Of a DNA stretch of 64,000 nt, positions 47,400 through 62,806 are shown piece after piece. Position numbers and translations under genes: made by a program. The notes beneath the pieces were generated by a model. It ran no database searches, was not told where the DNA came from, and worked only from the letters and a program-made list of their open reading frames with translations. Within the stretch, counting starts at the first letter, position 1. Every line of letters starts with the position of its first letter. This DNA is from Eledone cirrhosa (Eukaryota), in assembly GCA_964016885.1 (NCBI GenBank), contig OZ024740.1:252216001-252280000 (forward strand), given 5' to 3'.

Positions 47400-50300
47400 A
47401 GGCTCAGCGCTTCCCCTATTTCAGCGGCTGAAATCGGTCTTTCGCAGGACTTAGCCTCCCCGTCCGAGAGCCGCGGCAGAGGTATGGACCGAAATCCATG
47501 GCCTCACCCGGCCCGCCACCCCTCCCGAACAGTCGTGCAAAGCGCCGTTGAAAGGCCGCGCACATCCGCTCAGGTTCAAGGATCACGCGTCCATCCTGGT
47601 CCTTCAAAGACCGAATCGTGGACTTGTTTCCACTTTTTGCCTCTGTCACTCGGGCCCAGCTAACAGCTTTGGCTCCCTCGTTACCCAGAGCACGTATATT
47701 ACTCCTGACACCGCAGCCCTCGTGCTTCGCGTCAAAGAACTGGTCTAGGGCCGTTCTTGACGCCAGCACGCCGGCCACGTTGCCACTCCTAATTGACTCT
47801 TCTACTCTATTTGTTAATTCCCTTTCAGTTCTATTCCTATCTGATGCTAATTCCTGACTAAAACCTATCGATTCTATTCTAATTTCTCTCTTGAGAGAGC
47901 CCCACCACCTGCTGTTGACAATTGCCCTCGTCAACCGCTGCTTAACTAGTGTGCTAATCCGCTTACTGTAAGCTTTGTTTGTCGGTAAGGACAAGTTTAG
48001 CTTCCAGTAACCGGGTCCTTGTCTATGGGTTCTATCAAGGTTGACCACTCCGGTCACCAACTTGTGATCCGAATAGTCAACCATGAACATTCGTGGACAG
48101 CTTAATATGTCCCTATCCTTATTTCTAACTAGGAACCTATCTAGGTACGACCTAGATGTTCCGCTACGATTAGTCCACGTCCACAGTGGCACAGTCGGAA
48201 AATCTAGTCGATATCTATCGGCCAGATCAAATCGGCCGATTAACCGTTTGAGGCTTTTACCCCCCCCCCCTCTATCGCGACATGCCCCTACATAGTCCCA
48301 ACGTGCATCCAGGATACGATTCCAGTCCCCCACTAAAAGCAAGGAACGAGACGTTCCCAGAAAAGTCTCTAGGCGCTGGAAGAAGTCCGGTCGCGGTGTT
48401 CCAGATGGGGCATACGTTGCCACCAGCCTGAAGGCTCCACCTTCACTACTGCCGACGTCTAGAACCACCAGTTGGCCCTCCGGGTCCAGGTGTACCTTCC
48501 GTGCTGCGAGGCCCAGGTGTTTTCGCAGCAGAACGACCACCCCGCCCCCACCCCACGGCTGACAGAGAGATGCATAGATCTCAAAGTCGTCGAAGATGGG
48601 GGGCCAGTTGGTGCTCGCTGCTGATCCTGGACTCGCAAATAGCTATCACATCCATTCTGTGCGACCTGAGGTCATTTAAGAGTTTGCCTTGCTTCCAGGA
48701 CATCCCCAGGCCGCGCACATTTAAACATCCAACTCTTATAACAGCCATGTTGGTGGTGAAGAGTTTAGAGTGGAGAAAAAGGAAAAGACACATACCTGTC
48801 CTTCTCCTGGGGACCAGGCTGCACAATTTCCATGGGGGTGTCGGCGGGGTTGTTTGGTGGAGTGGTGGTTTGGGATGTGGTGGGGACATCAGTGTGTGGT
48901 GGGTGGGGGAGGGATGTCTGGGGGTGGTGGTGGGGAAACATTTCAAGAGGACGCGGTTGCTAGGTCTAGTACAGGGGTTCCCCCACGTCCTCGGGAAAGT
49001 TCTGTTTGAGCTTTGCGTAGGTGTCCCTTGGGGCCCTAATTATTTTTAAATGTGGTTTAGGAGCCGCGTTGGTGAACATTTTCCCTTCGGTTTCCACCGA
49101 AGGGTCTTTGTCTATTGTTTGCACAAGTGTTTTGTTGTTTGTGTTGATGTATGTATACTGTTTTTGTTGTGTTGTGTTTGTTTTTGTTTGTTGTTCTTGT
49201 GTGTGTTTGCGTTTTGTAGTATGTGTTATGTTTTCGGGAGGGGTGGGTTTTTTTGTTTGTGATGTTTGTTCTATTTGTGCTGGTGGTTGTGTGTTTGTTG
49301 CATTTTTGTTAATGTGGTGCCTTCTTTTCTTTCTTTTTACAGGTTGAAAGGGTTCTCCCTCGTCGTCACTGCTTGACGTTGATAAGGGGTCCTCGTCTTT
49401 GTTGTTGAGGAGGGGTATATTTTGGGGTTTTGTTGTGGTTGCTTTTGTATTGGGGAGGGGTTGGGTGGGACATTGTTGTTATTTTTTCTTGTTGTTGTTG
49501 TGGTGGTGGTGGTGGTGGTAGTGGTGGTGGTGCTTGTGTTGTTGTGTGCGGAGTAGGCAGAAGCGGTTTTTTTTTGGGGGGGGGGCATTTAAACGACAGG
49601 AAGCCCTCAGGTGACCACTTCTTAAACACTACACTCACACTCAAAGCTACACTCACACTCGAGTCTCCACTCACACTCAAAGCTCCACTCACACTCAAAG
49701 CTCCACTTACACTCGAGGCTCCACTCACACTCAAAGCTCCACTTACACTCAAACCTCCACTCACACTCGAGTCTCCACTCACACTCAAAGCTCCACTCAC
49801 ACTCAAAGCTCCACTCACACTCATAGCTCCACTCATACTCGAGGCTCCACACACACTCGAGGCTCCACTCACACTCAAAGCTCCACTCACACTCAAAGCT
49901 CCACTCACACTCAAAGCTCCACACACACTCGAAACTCCACTCACACTCGAGGCTCCACTCACACTCAAAGATCCACTCACATTCAAAACTCCACTCACAC
50001 TCAAAGCTCCACTCACATTCAAAGCTCCACTCACACTCAAAGCTCCACTCACATTCAAAGCTCCACTCACACTCGAGGCTCCACTCACACTCAAAGCTCC
50101 ACTCACACTCAAAGCTCCACTCATACTCGAGGCTCCACACACACTCGAGGCTCCACTCACACTCGAGGCTCCACTCACATCCAAAGCTCCACTCACACTC
50201 AAAGCTCCACAAACTTCTGTCGTGACATTCCCGAGTCCAGTGACCAAAAAATTGTTGTATTTTGATGTTTCAGAATACAAAAAATAATTAAAAACTTACC

Positions 50301-50418
50301 CCACGAAAAGACAGCGTGTGTTGTCCTATCTATAAGCTCCCTCAACATCTCAAGAGCGTGAACCTAATAAACTTTTATTTGTACTGCCTCTCTGTTTTTG
50401 TTCCAGTCCAAGTTTTCA
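47386..50418 (-). mobile_element. Tx1-like LINE copy 5: 5' UTR, atypical ORF1, ORF2 from ATG 48748 through EN, 3'-truncated
   Basis: MAVIRVGCLNVRGLG, GDWN, SDHK; ORF1 C-terminal homology (PSVETEG..PHLKII..NRVLLKCFP) to copy 1; preceded by (TA)n at ~50420. Confidence 0.85.
49625..50210. repeat. 18-bp tandem repeat (~32 units) within copy-5 ORF1 region
   Basis: gctccactcacactcaaa / gctccactcacactcgag; encodes SGALSV repeats on the - strand. Confidence 0.95.
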
Positions 50419-50519
50419 CTATATATATATATGGTGGCTGCCAACTCGTTTTCGAGTACGGCCACTACTTTATATCCCTATAGGAGAACCCCTACCGATG
50501 CGCTGAACGAGTGACTTTT

Positions 50520-51040
50520 TAGTCCAGCCAGCGACTTGAAAACTCTGGTACAAACACTACACTTGTGACAATTACTGACACATAGTGCTGGGCCCATTGT
50601 ACCCTGTGATGACAAGTGCAGAGAGATCTCCAGATATAAAGCAATGCCTGTGTCGTGAAGCTTTTATAGTGAGCAAAGGCACTGCACAAAGCCAGTCCCA
50701 CTCTCTTAACCAAGATGATATTTACCAAAAAGAAGAACACGTCAACATCATTGGATACCATCAGAGTTGCAGGTGTTATATCAGAGTTTTCCTTCTCCTA
50801 GAATTCTGCCTTGACAAAGGCTAAAGGGTCATCTCTCCCGGTGATTTTGGATGGCCATTGACTCTTAAGAGCTCCTTTGCCCTTTGACAGGTCTTGTTTT
50901 TAGTCCTGCAGGATGTCCAAAGTCACCCTCCTCACCAAGAAACCTTGGTGGGGTTGCCAGTTTAGTCGCCAACGACCCGACCATGGGTCAGGTTGTACTG
51001 GGATACATGTTACCAGTAGCACCAACTGGTGACCTGACAT
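50520..51040 (-). mobile_element. Probable RTE-type LINE 5' UTR fragment
   Basis: GC-richer non-coding block containing ggggttgccagtttagtcgcca, recalled as RTE 5' UTR-like; no coding motif. Confidence 0.35.
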
Positions 51041-51060
51041 AAATGTATATATATACATAC

Positions 51061-51164
<104 letters not shown>

Positions 51165-51978
51165 ATGAGAAGAAAGAAGAATACTGCGTGGTTTGCACAT
51201 GGGTTACATATGATAAAAATAGTCCTTCGTCAGTGATTTTCCAACCATCATTGGTAATTCATCGCATTAAAAATCAGATACCTCAGGCTGGTGCGAGCAA
51301 TAACTAAAAAAGTTATTGGGACCAGTAATTCGCGTAAAGCGAGGGGGACAAGTAAACAATATAGATGATAAAAGCAAACCGAAGATAGGAAAATAAACAA
51401 GCAACATGGTTGTTCGGTCAGCATAAGCTGGGTGGATTTCATGAGCGAGAGAGATACAGACCGTGTCGATGTATGTGAGAAGAGACCCACACAAGCCAAA
51501 CGGGAGGAAGTGAGAAGGGGAGAAACAGAGAGTGAGTGAGTGGAAGTGTGAGGAAGAGGTCAGTCGAGAGAAAGTGTAACATATATATATATATATATAA
51601 CAAAGGAATTGTGGTAAGGAACCAGATGGACCATAACGCACCAGAGTACTCAATACTTAGGGTAGTAGAGTGGGAAATAGGAAAAAGTATGACCCCGACG
51701 GCAGAGCTCAAGCCGTTTCGACGGTATATATATATATATATATACATATATATTTATATATACTAAGTTAAGGTATCATAACATAATCATCATACATATT
51801 GTATGATGATTATGTTTCTCAGCAGAAAAGCTCGATGGATGTTTGTCCGGAGCATCAATAATTAAAATCAAGAGCCATTATCGTTAGAGAAACATATAAG
51901 CATTTTGAACACATATATAAAGCATATAATATTTAGGAAAAAGTACATACTTTAAGGTGGAAAAGTTCTTTTTTCTTA

Positions 51979-52178
51979 GTCACCGTTTCATAGTTCGTAA
52001 ACCAAAGCAAAAATTGAGCTTAGCAATCGATTACCAACTACCAATTTTAGTAAAGCTACGGAAGGCGCGAATGATTAGATTCGCGTCTTCCGTTGCCTTA
52101 CCAAAATCGATAATTGGTAATCGATAATCGATTGCTTAGATTGGTTTTCGCTTCGGCTTACGAACTATGAAACGGTGC
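51979..52178. mobile_element. Foldback MITE, possibly PIF/Harbinger
   Basis: caccgtttcatagttcgtaa ... ttacgaactatgaaacggtg TIRs, internally palindromic to a central loop at ~52072; tta/taa flanks. Confidence 0.7.
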
Positions 52179-52943
52179 TAAATATGCTTTATATATATAT
52201 GGACAAAATACAGTTTCTCTCACGATATATGTCCCTTTCTCTTCATATATATACACATATCTTTTAATTCATATTATATATATGTATGTATATATACAAA
52301 TATAAATTAGCGAGAATCGTATTTCGGCTATTGGAAATTAGCGAAAAACAACTTCCGAGATGTGTGGCAAGCGCTCCATAGAAGCTAGTGAACTAGAGCT
52401 ACAACATAAGTTAAAAGGCCAAACACACTGAGACGATGGTTAAATCATTATCCGCAAAGCCACAGAAACGACCAAGTAATTCGGGTCAAACAAATAAAAT
52501 ATGATTGAAAATTATACCCGGACCCCTGGAAGGTTGGTAATATCCAGCATTTGGGTTTCTGCAACTCCTAAATCAAGTACTGTCTGCTTAGACAAATAAT
52601 GTTAAGCTTTTGGTAAGATGATCGAACAAGGAAGTCACTTTCTCAACAGGCTTTTAGTTCAGTGCCAAGCCAAGGACTGACCGTTATCAAAACCCACGTG
52701 GGGCTTGACAAGGGGGGCAACCCTTAGTTTTGGCGGATGAATTCAGTATGTGTGTTATTGCAAAATTGCAAAATATCACAAAACGAATTAAGCTCTCAAC
52801 AGAATGGTTTTGAAATTAACAAGAGTCAATAGAATTAACTAAAAAAATCAAGAAAATTAACTGGTCAATAGCTAGACTCTGGATATATATATATAAAATA
52901 AATATGGTTTTATAAAGATATTTTCCATTTATTAATATTATTG

Positions 52944-53044
<101 letters not shown>

Positions 53045-53346
53045 ATAATATTAATAAATGGAAAATATCTTTATAAAACCATATTTATTTTATTATACGT
53101 ATTTCAAGGATACTAATATTTTAGTATGTTTTCGTCAGATAAAATACAATAATTGGTGTAAAGATAGTGACATATCTTCATGTTTGAAGATAGTCTTTAC
53201 GCCAATTATTATTTATATTTTTTATTTATTAATATTTTCTATATATTAATATTATTCATATTAATGATACTCCGGAGAAATACCGTTGAGTGCTTCGAAT
53301 CTGTTGTAAATTAAATTTGTTGAATAATCAACAAACCAAATAACTC

Positions 53347-53419
<73 letters not shown>

Positions 53420-53719
53420 AAAGAAAATGTGGTAAGAAACCAGGTGCACCATAAAGCACCAGGATACTCGATACTTAGGGTAGTAGAGTGGGTAATAGGA
53501 AAATAGTCAGGACCCCCACGGCTGAGCTGCGGCCGTTTCGACAGCTAGATCCGAACGTATCTAGCCGTCGAAACGACCGGAGCTCAGCCGTCGGGGTCGT
53601 ACTCGTTCCTATTACCCACTCTACTACCCTAAGCATTGAGTACTTTGGTGCGTTATGGTCCATCTGGTTCCGTACCACATTTCCTTCGTTAGATATATAT
53701 ATATATATATATATATATA

Positions 53720-55117
<1,398 letters not shown>

Positions 55118-55121
55118 TATA

Positions 55122-55181
<60 letters not shown>

Positions 55182-55281
55182 TGTATAATAAAAATATAAG
55201 CTATCGCCGTATTTTGACTAAATAAATTTTAGCCTGATAATGGGGTTTAGAACCCTCAGATAAATGGAAAAAGATGAGTAT

Positions 55282-55352
55282 TGACGTACATGGGAGTCGA
55301 ACCCACATCTGCGGTTATCCAGACCACTGTGCTACCATTACACCAACACATC
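55282..55352 (-). tRNA. tRNA-like sequence with GGA anticodon (probably repeat-borne or pseudo)
   Basis: GATGTGT-TG-GTGTAATGGTAGCAC-A-GTGGT-CTGGATA-ACCGC-AGAT-GTGGG-TTCGACT-CCCAT-GTACGTC-A folds into a cloverleaf with several G-U pairs. Confidence 0.6.
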
Positions 55353-55496
55353 ACCCTTATTAATAAGTTCTTTAGTCAAAATACGGCGATAGCTTATATT
55401 TCTAATTTCAAACTCTCTCGCTCTTTCGAAAACATACTTACTTGTCATTATACTTGCCAAGATTATAGCTTCTAATTTGAATGGAAAAAGGCGGGT

Positions 55497-55567
55497 GATG
55501 TGTTGGTGTAATGGTAGCACAGTGGTCTGGATAACCGCAGATATTGGTTCGACTCCCATGTACGTCA
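55497..55567 (+). tRNA. Second tRNA-like copy with GGA anticodon and a T-stem mismatch
   Basis: Two substitutions relative to the - strand copy. Confidence 0.55.
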
Positions 55568-55817
55568 ATACTCATCTTTTTCCATTTCTCCGAGGGTTCT
55601 TAACCCCACTATCAAGCTAAATAATTTATTTAGTCAAAATACCGCGTTAGCTTATATTTCTAATTTCAAACTCGCTCGCTGTTTCGAAAACATACTTACT
55701 TATATAAGAGGTTATATCCGAAGTTAGTAAAACACTCAGTTAGGTATATATGGGCAACTATACAAACGAAATAAAATAACAAAGATGATTGGTTACTCCT
55801 TCATTACGTTTATTGGT

Positions 55818-55896
55818 TGGTGACGCGCATTTCGCCACTGAGGTTGAATCTGTATCGATCTAGCCCGACTCTGTAATCCGCGGCTCGTCAGATCCC
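55818..55896 (-). ncRNA. Type I hammerhead motif with long stem II insert
   Basis: Reverse complement gat-CTGACGA-GCCGC-(~41 nt)-GTGGC-GAAA-tgcgcg-TC-acc; GUC triplet. Confidence 0.7.
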
Positions 55897-55980
55897 TTAC
55901 AATGGTAATGGAAAAATGAATATTTATATGAATATATATATATATATTTATATATTATATATATATATATGTATATATAT

Positions 55981-56020
<40 letters not shown>

Positions 56021-56312
56021 GTAGGTATGTATATATACACACACATATATATATATATATGTATATATAACGAAGGAAGTGCGGTAAGGAACCAGGTGGA
56101 CCATAACGCACCAGAGTACTCAATACTTTGGGTAGTAGAGTGGGTAATAGGAAAGGGTTCAAGACCCCGACGGCAGAGCTCAAGCCGTTTCGACGGCTAT
56201 TTCTGGACTGAAATAGCCGTCGAAACGGCTTGAGCTCTGCCGTCGGTGTCTTGAACCTTTTCCTATATGTATATATATATATATATGAATATATATATAT
56301 ATATATGTATAA

Positions 56313-56343
<31 letters not shown>

Positions 56344-56778
56344 TAAAAAAATAATGAATAAAACAATGAAACAGTTCCTTATATTAAACAAAAAAAGTTC
56401 ATTATTTAACGATCGTTTCTAGGACATATATGTGTTAGAATTGGCATGCATATTCAACAGATCTATGTACAAAATTATACAAAATTATACAAACTATCAA
56501 ATAGAATATACATACCAACACATACATATGCCGTCTTCAGAAATAATATATATATATTTCTTCCTCACTTTTCGTTGCTTCACCATCTTTGTTTGTTTAC
56601 ACTCTCGTGTCCCCTTTATTTACGTGTCGTAACGACTTTTTTTAGCCGTTGCACGCACCAACCGGAGGTATATGGTCTTTAAAGCGATGAAATACCAATG
56701 ATGGTTGGAAGATCACTGATGAAGGACTAACTTTATTCATATGTAACCCATTAGCAACCACGCAGTACGTTTATTCTC

Positions 56779-56885
<107 letters not shown>

Positions 56886-56896
56886 TGTCTGTGTGA

Positions 56897-57070
56897 ATTG
56901 GCAGTATCGGTAGAGGGTTGGACGCCATGCTTTCTAGCATAGTTACGTCCCTTTACAGTCTGAGTTCAAATCCCGCCGAGGTTAACTTTGCCTTTCATCC
57001 TTACGGGGTCGATAAAATAAAGTACCAGTAATGTACAGGTATTTGCTGGCCTTGGGCCTAAAATAGAAAC

Positions 57071-57074
<4 letters not shown>
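56897..57074 (+). mobile_element. tRNA-derived SINE
   Basis: Family match between (TG)n and (TA)n tracts. Confidence 0.85.
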
Positions 57075-57150
<76 letters not shown>

Positions 57151-57609
57151 GCATATAATAGATTTATCGACATACGATTTAGTTACAGTTTAATTACGCG
57201 ATGTCTGTGAGCCAGCAAGGTGTTGGCATTACTAATGGGTTTGGCAGATGGTGGATTCTTGACTCTTCTTTTCACAGAATCGCTTTCCAATATCTGACAG
57301 CATTAAACGCTCGCTGAAGGAAAGTTTTGCAGACGTCTCTTGAAATGGAGGTAAGGGAGGAATCATTAATCCCCACACTCTACATATCGGTGGAGCATGT
57401 ATGTGTTCGTAATATGTATATATGTGTGTGTATTATGTGTGTGTGTGTGTGTGTGTGTGTGTGAACAGATGTTACTGTATATTCTGATAAACTTTATATC
57501 TATTTGCACACAGACACACACATGTGTGTGTGAGTGTGCTTCTATGTGTATTTTTTAAATACACACACTCACGCACGCAAATACACAGGCATACAGACAC
57601 ACATGCACA

Positions 57610-57686
<77 letters not shown>

Positions 57687-57889
57687 ACATATATATATAT
57701 ATATACATGTCTGTGTACGTGTATGCCTTTGTGTGTTGATGCTAATGTATGCGTTGAATAGGTCGATGATTCGGATGGCAACGCATGCATTGTTTTTGTC
57801 GTTGTTGTTGTTGCTGTTGTTGTTGTGGTGGTGGTGCTGATGTATGTTGGATTATGGTGTTTAAGAGTTATGGAGATAGGAAGCCGAGA

Positions 57890-58160
57890 AGAAAGCAAAG
57901 GTGAAGAAGAAGAAGAAGAAGAAGAAGAAGAAGAAGAAGAAGAAGAAGAAGAAGAAGAAGAAGAAGAAGAAGAAGAAGAAGGAGAAAGAGGAGGAGGCGG
58001 AGGACGAGAAGAAGAAGGGGAAGAAGAAGGAGGAGAAGAAGAGGATGAAGAAGAAGAAAAAGGAAAAGAAAAAGAAGGAGAAGAAGAAGAAAAAGAGGAA
58101 GAAGGAGGAGGAGGAGAGGGAGGGGGAGGCGGAGATATGGAAGGAAGAAGAGAGACGAAA
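57890..58160. repeat. (GAA)n and purine-rich tract
   Basis: Pure (GAA)n 57903-57980 followed by GAA/GGA mix. Confidence 0.95.
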
Positions 58161-58719
58161 AGCAACTGTGAGCAGATGTGTGAGAAATAGGAGGAGAAAT
58201 AGTATTAGTAAATAAGGAAAAGGTGAAGGTGGAGGAGGTATTGCAGCAGGTGATATAGAATGTGCAACGAGATTACACAGGGAAAGAAATGACAAAAAAA
58301 ACAAAACAAAAAGAAGCACACAGACAAATAAACAACAAAGAGAGAGAGTGAGTGGTTTTTGTTTGGTTATTATTTTTTTACAATGGCGCAAGTTTGGTAG
58401 ATAGTATTTTTGATGTGTCTGTGTGATCTGAATATACCACTCACTGTACAAGAATCAGTCCACCTCGTGGTCCCGGCCGACAGGATAGAGAAGACATTGT
58501 TCCGAGCAGGGAGATGGGTTGGAACAGCTACTCCACCTCGCGGGGCTAGCAATAACCGGTAACAAACTCCGATCCGTTAGCAGTGAGTAGGGATGTGAAG
58601 CAGGGGTCAAGAACGCCGGAAGTCTCCACAGCAACAGGCTCGACCACAAACCTATCAGAGAACGGTTGATACTTTGATAATTTTCCTTCTTCGACCTGGC
58701 TGGTTGTATTGAACCGTGA

Positions 58720-59400
58720 ACAGTTTCAGGTTCGATCCCACTCTAAACTACCTTGGCCATGTATCACTTACCATAGCGCCATACTAATCATGCCTTGTAA
58801 TTGAAATTTGGTGGACGGAAACTATTAGGAAGCCCATCAGATGGCCTATACTTATAATTGAATGAAGCAGAGTCTTGACACACACTGTGCTATATTGAAT
58901 ATCCCTGAGAATAACATTAAAGCTACACGTGTCTGTGTAATATTCAACGACTTGCAGGTTAACTTCACGAACAGACTGTTCTATTTATCGAACAACTGGA
59001 ACACTCATCTTCGAAACAGGTAAACATATTTACATTGACTGGTAAGTATTTCAGAGGGCCATATAATTACACTAATAAAATGTGGAATTTGGTCTCTCTT
59101 ATACACACAAAAATACGTATTAATAAATTTTCAACAATCGCATTGAGTACTTATTTTCGTCTTCGCAATTCTAATGGATATATGAATTGACAGTCGACAG
59201 TCGATCGACTTTCGTTAAATCAGACCGAGAAAACAATGCTTCGATTGGTTTTTCCAATTGCTAATACTTTTATATCGGTTGCAACTCCAGGTAGAAGGAG
59301 CGACGTGAAATAAAGTGTCTTGCCCAAGGACATAACGCATTGCCCGGTCCGGGAATCGAACCTCACGATTGAGAGTCCAATACTTTAACCACTCAGCCAT
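58720..59400. mobile_element. Older SINE remnants (+ ~58720-59015; - ~59215-59400)
   Basis: ggttcgatccc B-box; - strand tggctgagtgg A-box, ggttcgattccc B-box, gtccttgggcaagacactt CORE-like segment. Confidence 0.6.
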
Positions 59401-59411
59401 ATTCATATGCA

Positions 59412-60062
59412 CCCTTGCTGAGTAAGACTTCTACATTAAATGGTTTCCACTTAGTACCATTTATCCGAACATAAATACTAGGTCATTGGTACAGACACAC
59501 CAGAGCAACATACTCCTGTAGAACCTTCCACAACAGATTCCGTGGAACACGCTCATATGCCTTTTTGATGTCTACAAAATAAGCATTTCGTGGCAATACT
59601 CCCACGATCTCTCAAAGACATGCCGCATTGTGAACATTTGGTCGGCTGTGCTGCGTCTGGAACGAAAACGACACTGTTCATCAGCTAGCTTGGACCTGAC
59701 AATATCATTACATCTCTTTGCCATATACTTAATATAGATATTACCGAGGAGGATGAACAAGGAGATCCCTCTATAATTCATGTATCTCAGGGCCGTGTTC
59801 ACGAATGATGGAAGGCCATGTGGTCAGAATGTCTGAGGAAAAAATCGCTGGCTAGAATTGACGGGCAAAACCAACCATCAGATGGCCCAGGGGCAGATCC
59901 CGAACAAGATGGTTCAACAACATCCATGAGCTTGGCTGGTCTCGCTTGTGGATCCAGCCGGATCAATTGGAGAGGGTTTTTTTTACAGGACCCCCTGGAA
60001 GACGTACTTGAGGACTCTGCCCTCACAACTCCCCCAAGAATACGTGGACAAAGAAGAAGAAA
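59412..60062. mobile_element. RTE-clade LINE remnant with inverted 5' part
   Basis: - strand NYRGISL..DEQCRFRSRRSTADQMFTMR; + strand GHVVRM..PRGRSRTRW and gaagaagaa tail. Confidence 0.75.
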
Positions 60063-60277
60063 TATATGCATCTGTTTGTCCTAGTTTGTTTATATGTTAG
60101 GTTGTATGTGCGCGTGTATGTGTGTCTATATCTATTTTTGTATCGAAAATTCTCTGGAAACGATTTTACGATGGTGTATTTTTGGCAGAACTGTGTATTC
60201 AGTTTTTATTTTCATTTTTTCCCCCTTTTTCACATGTATTTTTATTTTATAATTCTCTCTCTCTCTTTCTCTCTCTG

Positions 60278-60397
<120 letters not shown>

Positions 60398-60831
60398 CAC
60401 ACACATAATATATATATATACATATATACATACACCTATATAGACATGTAAAGTTGGCTGTGATGAGAGGTGTAGGCGTGTTGTTGGTGAATGATAAACC
60501 AACAGTAATATGAAATATATGAATGCTCACATTCATGTTTTACAAGGACATCTTGAGAAAAAAGAATTTTAGTACATTTCTTCATAGATTTATTAAAAAT
60601 ATTTCATTGTTTTCTCAAAAACTATTATATAAGTTCGACATCATTTTGCCTATATATGTATTGCATTACTGTATTAGTAATACTAATAATAATACAAACT
60701 TAATTTTTTTAACCATGATTGTCCCCACCGTCCGTTTGGCCTCCAATCGGTGATATGGGCGTATTAGACGCAGGCCAGATTTTTATGTTTTGTTTTGAAT
60801 AAAAAAGTGCATCCAATAGGTCGACAAATAC

Positions 60832-60903
<72 letters not shown>

Positions 60904-61606
60904 CGTGCGCGTGCGTGTGAATGTGTATATATATATATAGTGTACATATGTGTTTATGTAAAAGTAAATTTTCAACCCTTAGTTTTTTGGGGAGCGGGGG
61001 CTTTATTCTATCACATTACCTTTTTCATAGGTAATTTTTTAATTTTTTAATTATTTAATTATTTAATTATTTTTTATTACTTATTTCTCATTCTTTCTGT
61101 CCCTCCAAATCATATCTTTTCTACCTCTCTTCTTCTTAGTCCAGTTGCCTTTTATCCAGAGCGGATAGAAGTAGAAATATTTTCACTGCAAAATGCAACA
61201 AACTTACCACGTAGTTTGAAATCTTTAGAAATCTTTCTGAAGAAATGCAATATTTAATGTATTGCTAGTGAATGGGTATAATGATATTATTATGCAACCA
61301 GCATTATGTAGACTTATATTGAAACATGTGTTAAAGAACGAACGTTTGATAAATTCTTCATTTTTCTATACTTCACGCCTAGTGTTTGTTTTTCCTATAC
61401 ATTTAAAAATATTATTACTGCATGATCTTCCACCTGGATACTATAATTTGATCCCTCTTATTGGACTATTACTGTAACCTACAAGGACCATCTTGAGAAA
61501 AATACTTTGGTAACCAATCTTGTTTTATTTTTGTTTGAACACTCATCTACACAAACAAACTTTACTTGTACATTTATTCATATATATATATGTGTGTGTG
61601 TGTATG

Positions 61607-61677
<71 letters not shown>

Positions 61678-62098
61678 ATCCCGGGTTCAATCGGGATTAA
61701 CCAATATATATATAAAGTTGTCTCAAAAATCGAGTTTGAAACGCGTATTAGAATTCGTAGGATAATGGGGAAAAACTCAACGCAAGGAAGCTGTTAAAAC
61801 ACCCAAAATGCTGTAAATGACGGCGTCGGGTAAAATTTACTTCAAAGAATAGAAATCCGTGGTTAGAAGTGTGTTGTCACGTGGAAATGAGAAGAGGAAA
61901 GGATAAAAAGAATAAAATGGACGAGAGGAGATAACACAAACATTTAGACACACTCATCAGCTTTTAGACCGCATGTGGTTTCAACGATTTAACTAAAGGT
62001 ACCACGTAAGATTGACAGCTCGTAACAACGGAGCAATAAATATCTGTTGGTATAATGTTTGTGTTAGTAACGAATAGATTAGATAGACAGACAGATGG

Positions 62099-62167
<69 letters not shown>

Positions 62168-62531
62168 AGTGAAGAAGTGATATAAAGAAAGAATGAATCC
62201 CGGTACTGGATTGGTACTTTTTTAAATTCAGAGCGCAGAGAGCCCGAACGAATATTGCTAAGTACTCAATCCTACGTTCTAACAACTCAGCCAATTCGCT
62301 GCCTTTTGGTAGACAAATAGTTCACTACGTTAGAAATACATCTCCTCACAAAAGATATAAATAATATTTTAGGGGGCAGATGGACTATTGAAGAGAGAAT
62401 TAGGAATCTGGGGTAAGTGACGCAACTGGAACAACATATATTCCATACTATGAACTCAAGATTACTTTGATGTAATTTGTTTCTTAAATACAACAATCTC
62501 CGGTTTATTAAAGCCCTATATACGTCGAGAG

Positions 62532-62806
<275 letters not shown>

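Noticed and set aside
49430-50287. + strand LKAPLT-repeat ORF and - strand ECEWSF ORF
   Set aside because: Other frames of the same 18-bp repeat; only the frame starting near the LINE 5' UTR has contextual support
50950-51040. Possible HDV-like ribozyme at the putative RTE 5' end (- strand; ccagt..ctaa-actgg)
   Set aside because: P2 and P4 are plausible but P3/L3/P1.1 could not be assigned by eye
52650-52740. HDV-like ccccacgtggg motif on the - strand
   Set aside because: P1 is mismatched and there is no convincing P2 partner after J4/2
57825-58215. Poly-Glu and poly-Lys ORFs
   Set aside because: (GAA)n microsatellite with no splice or domain context
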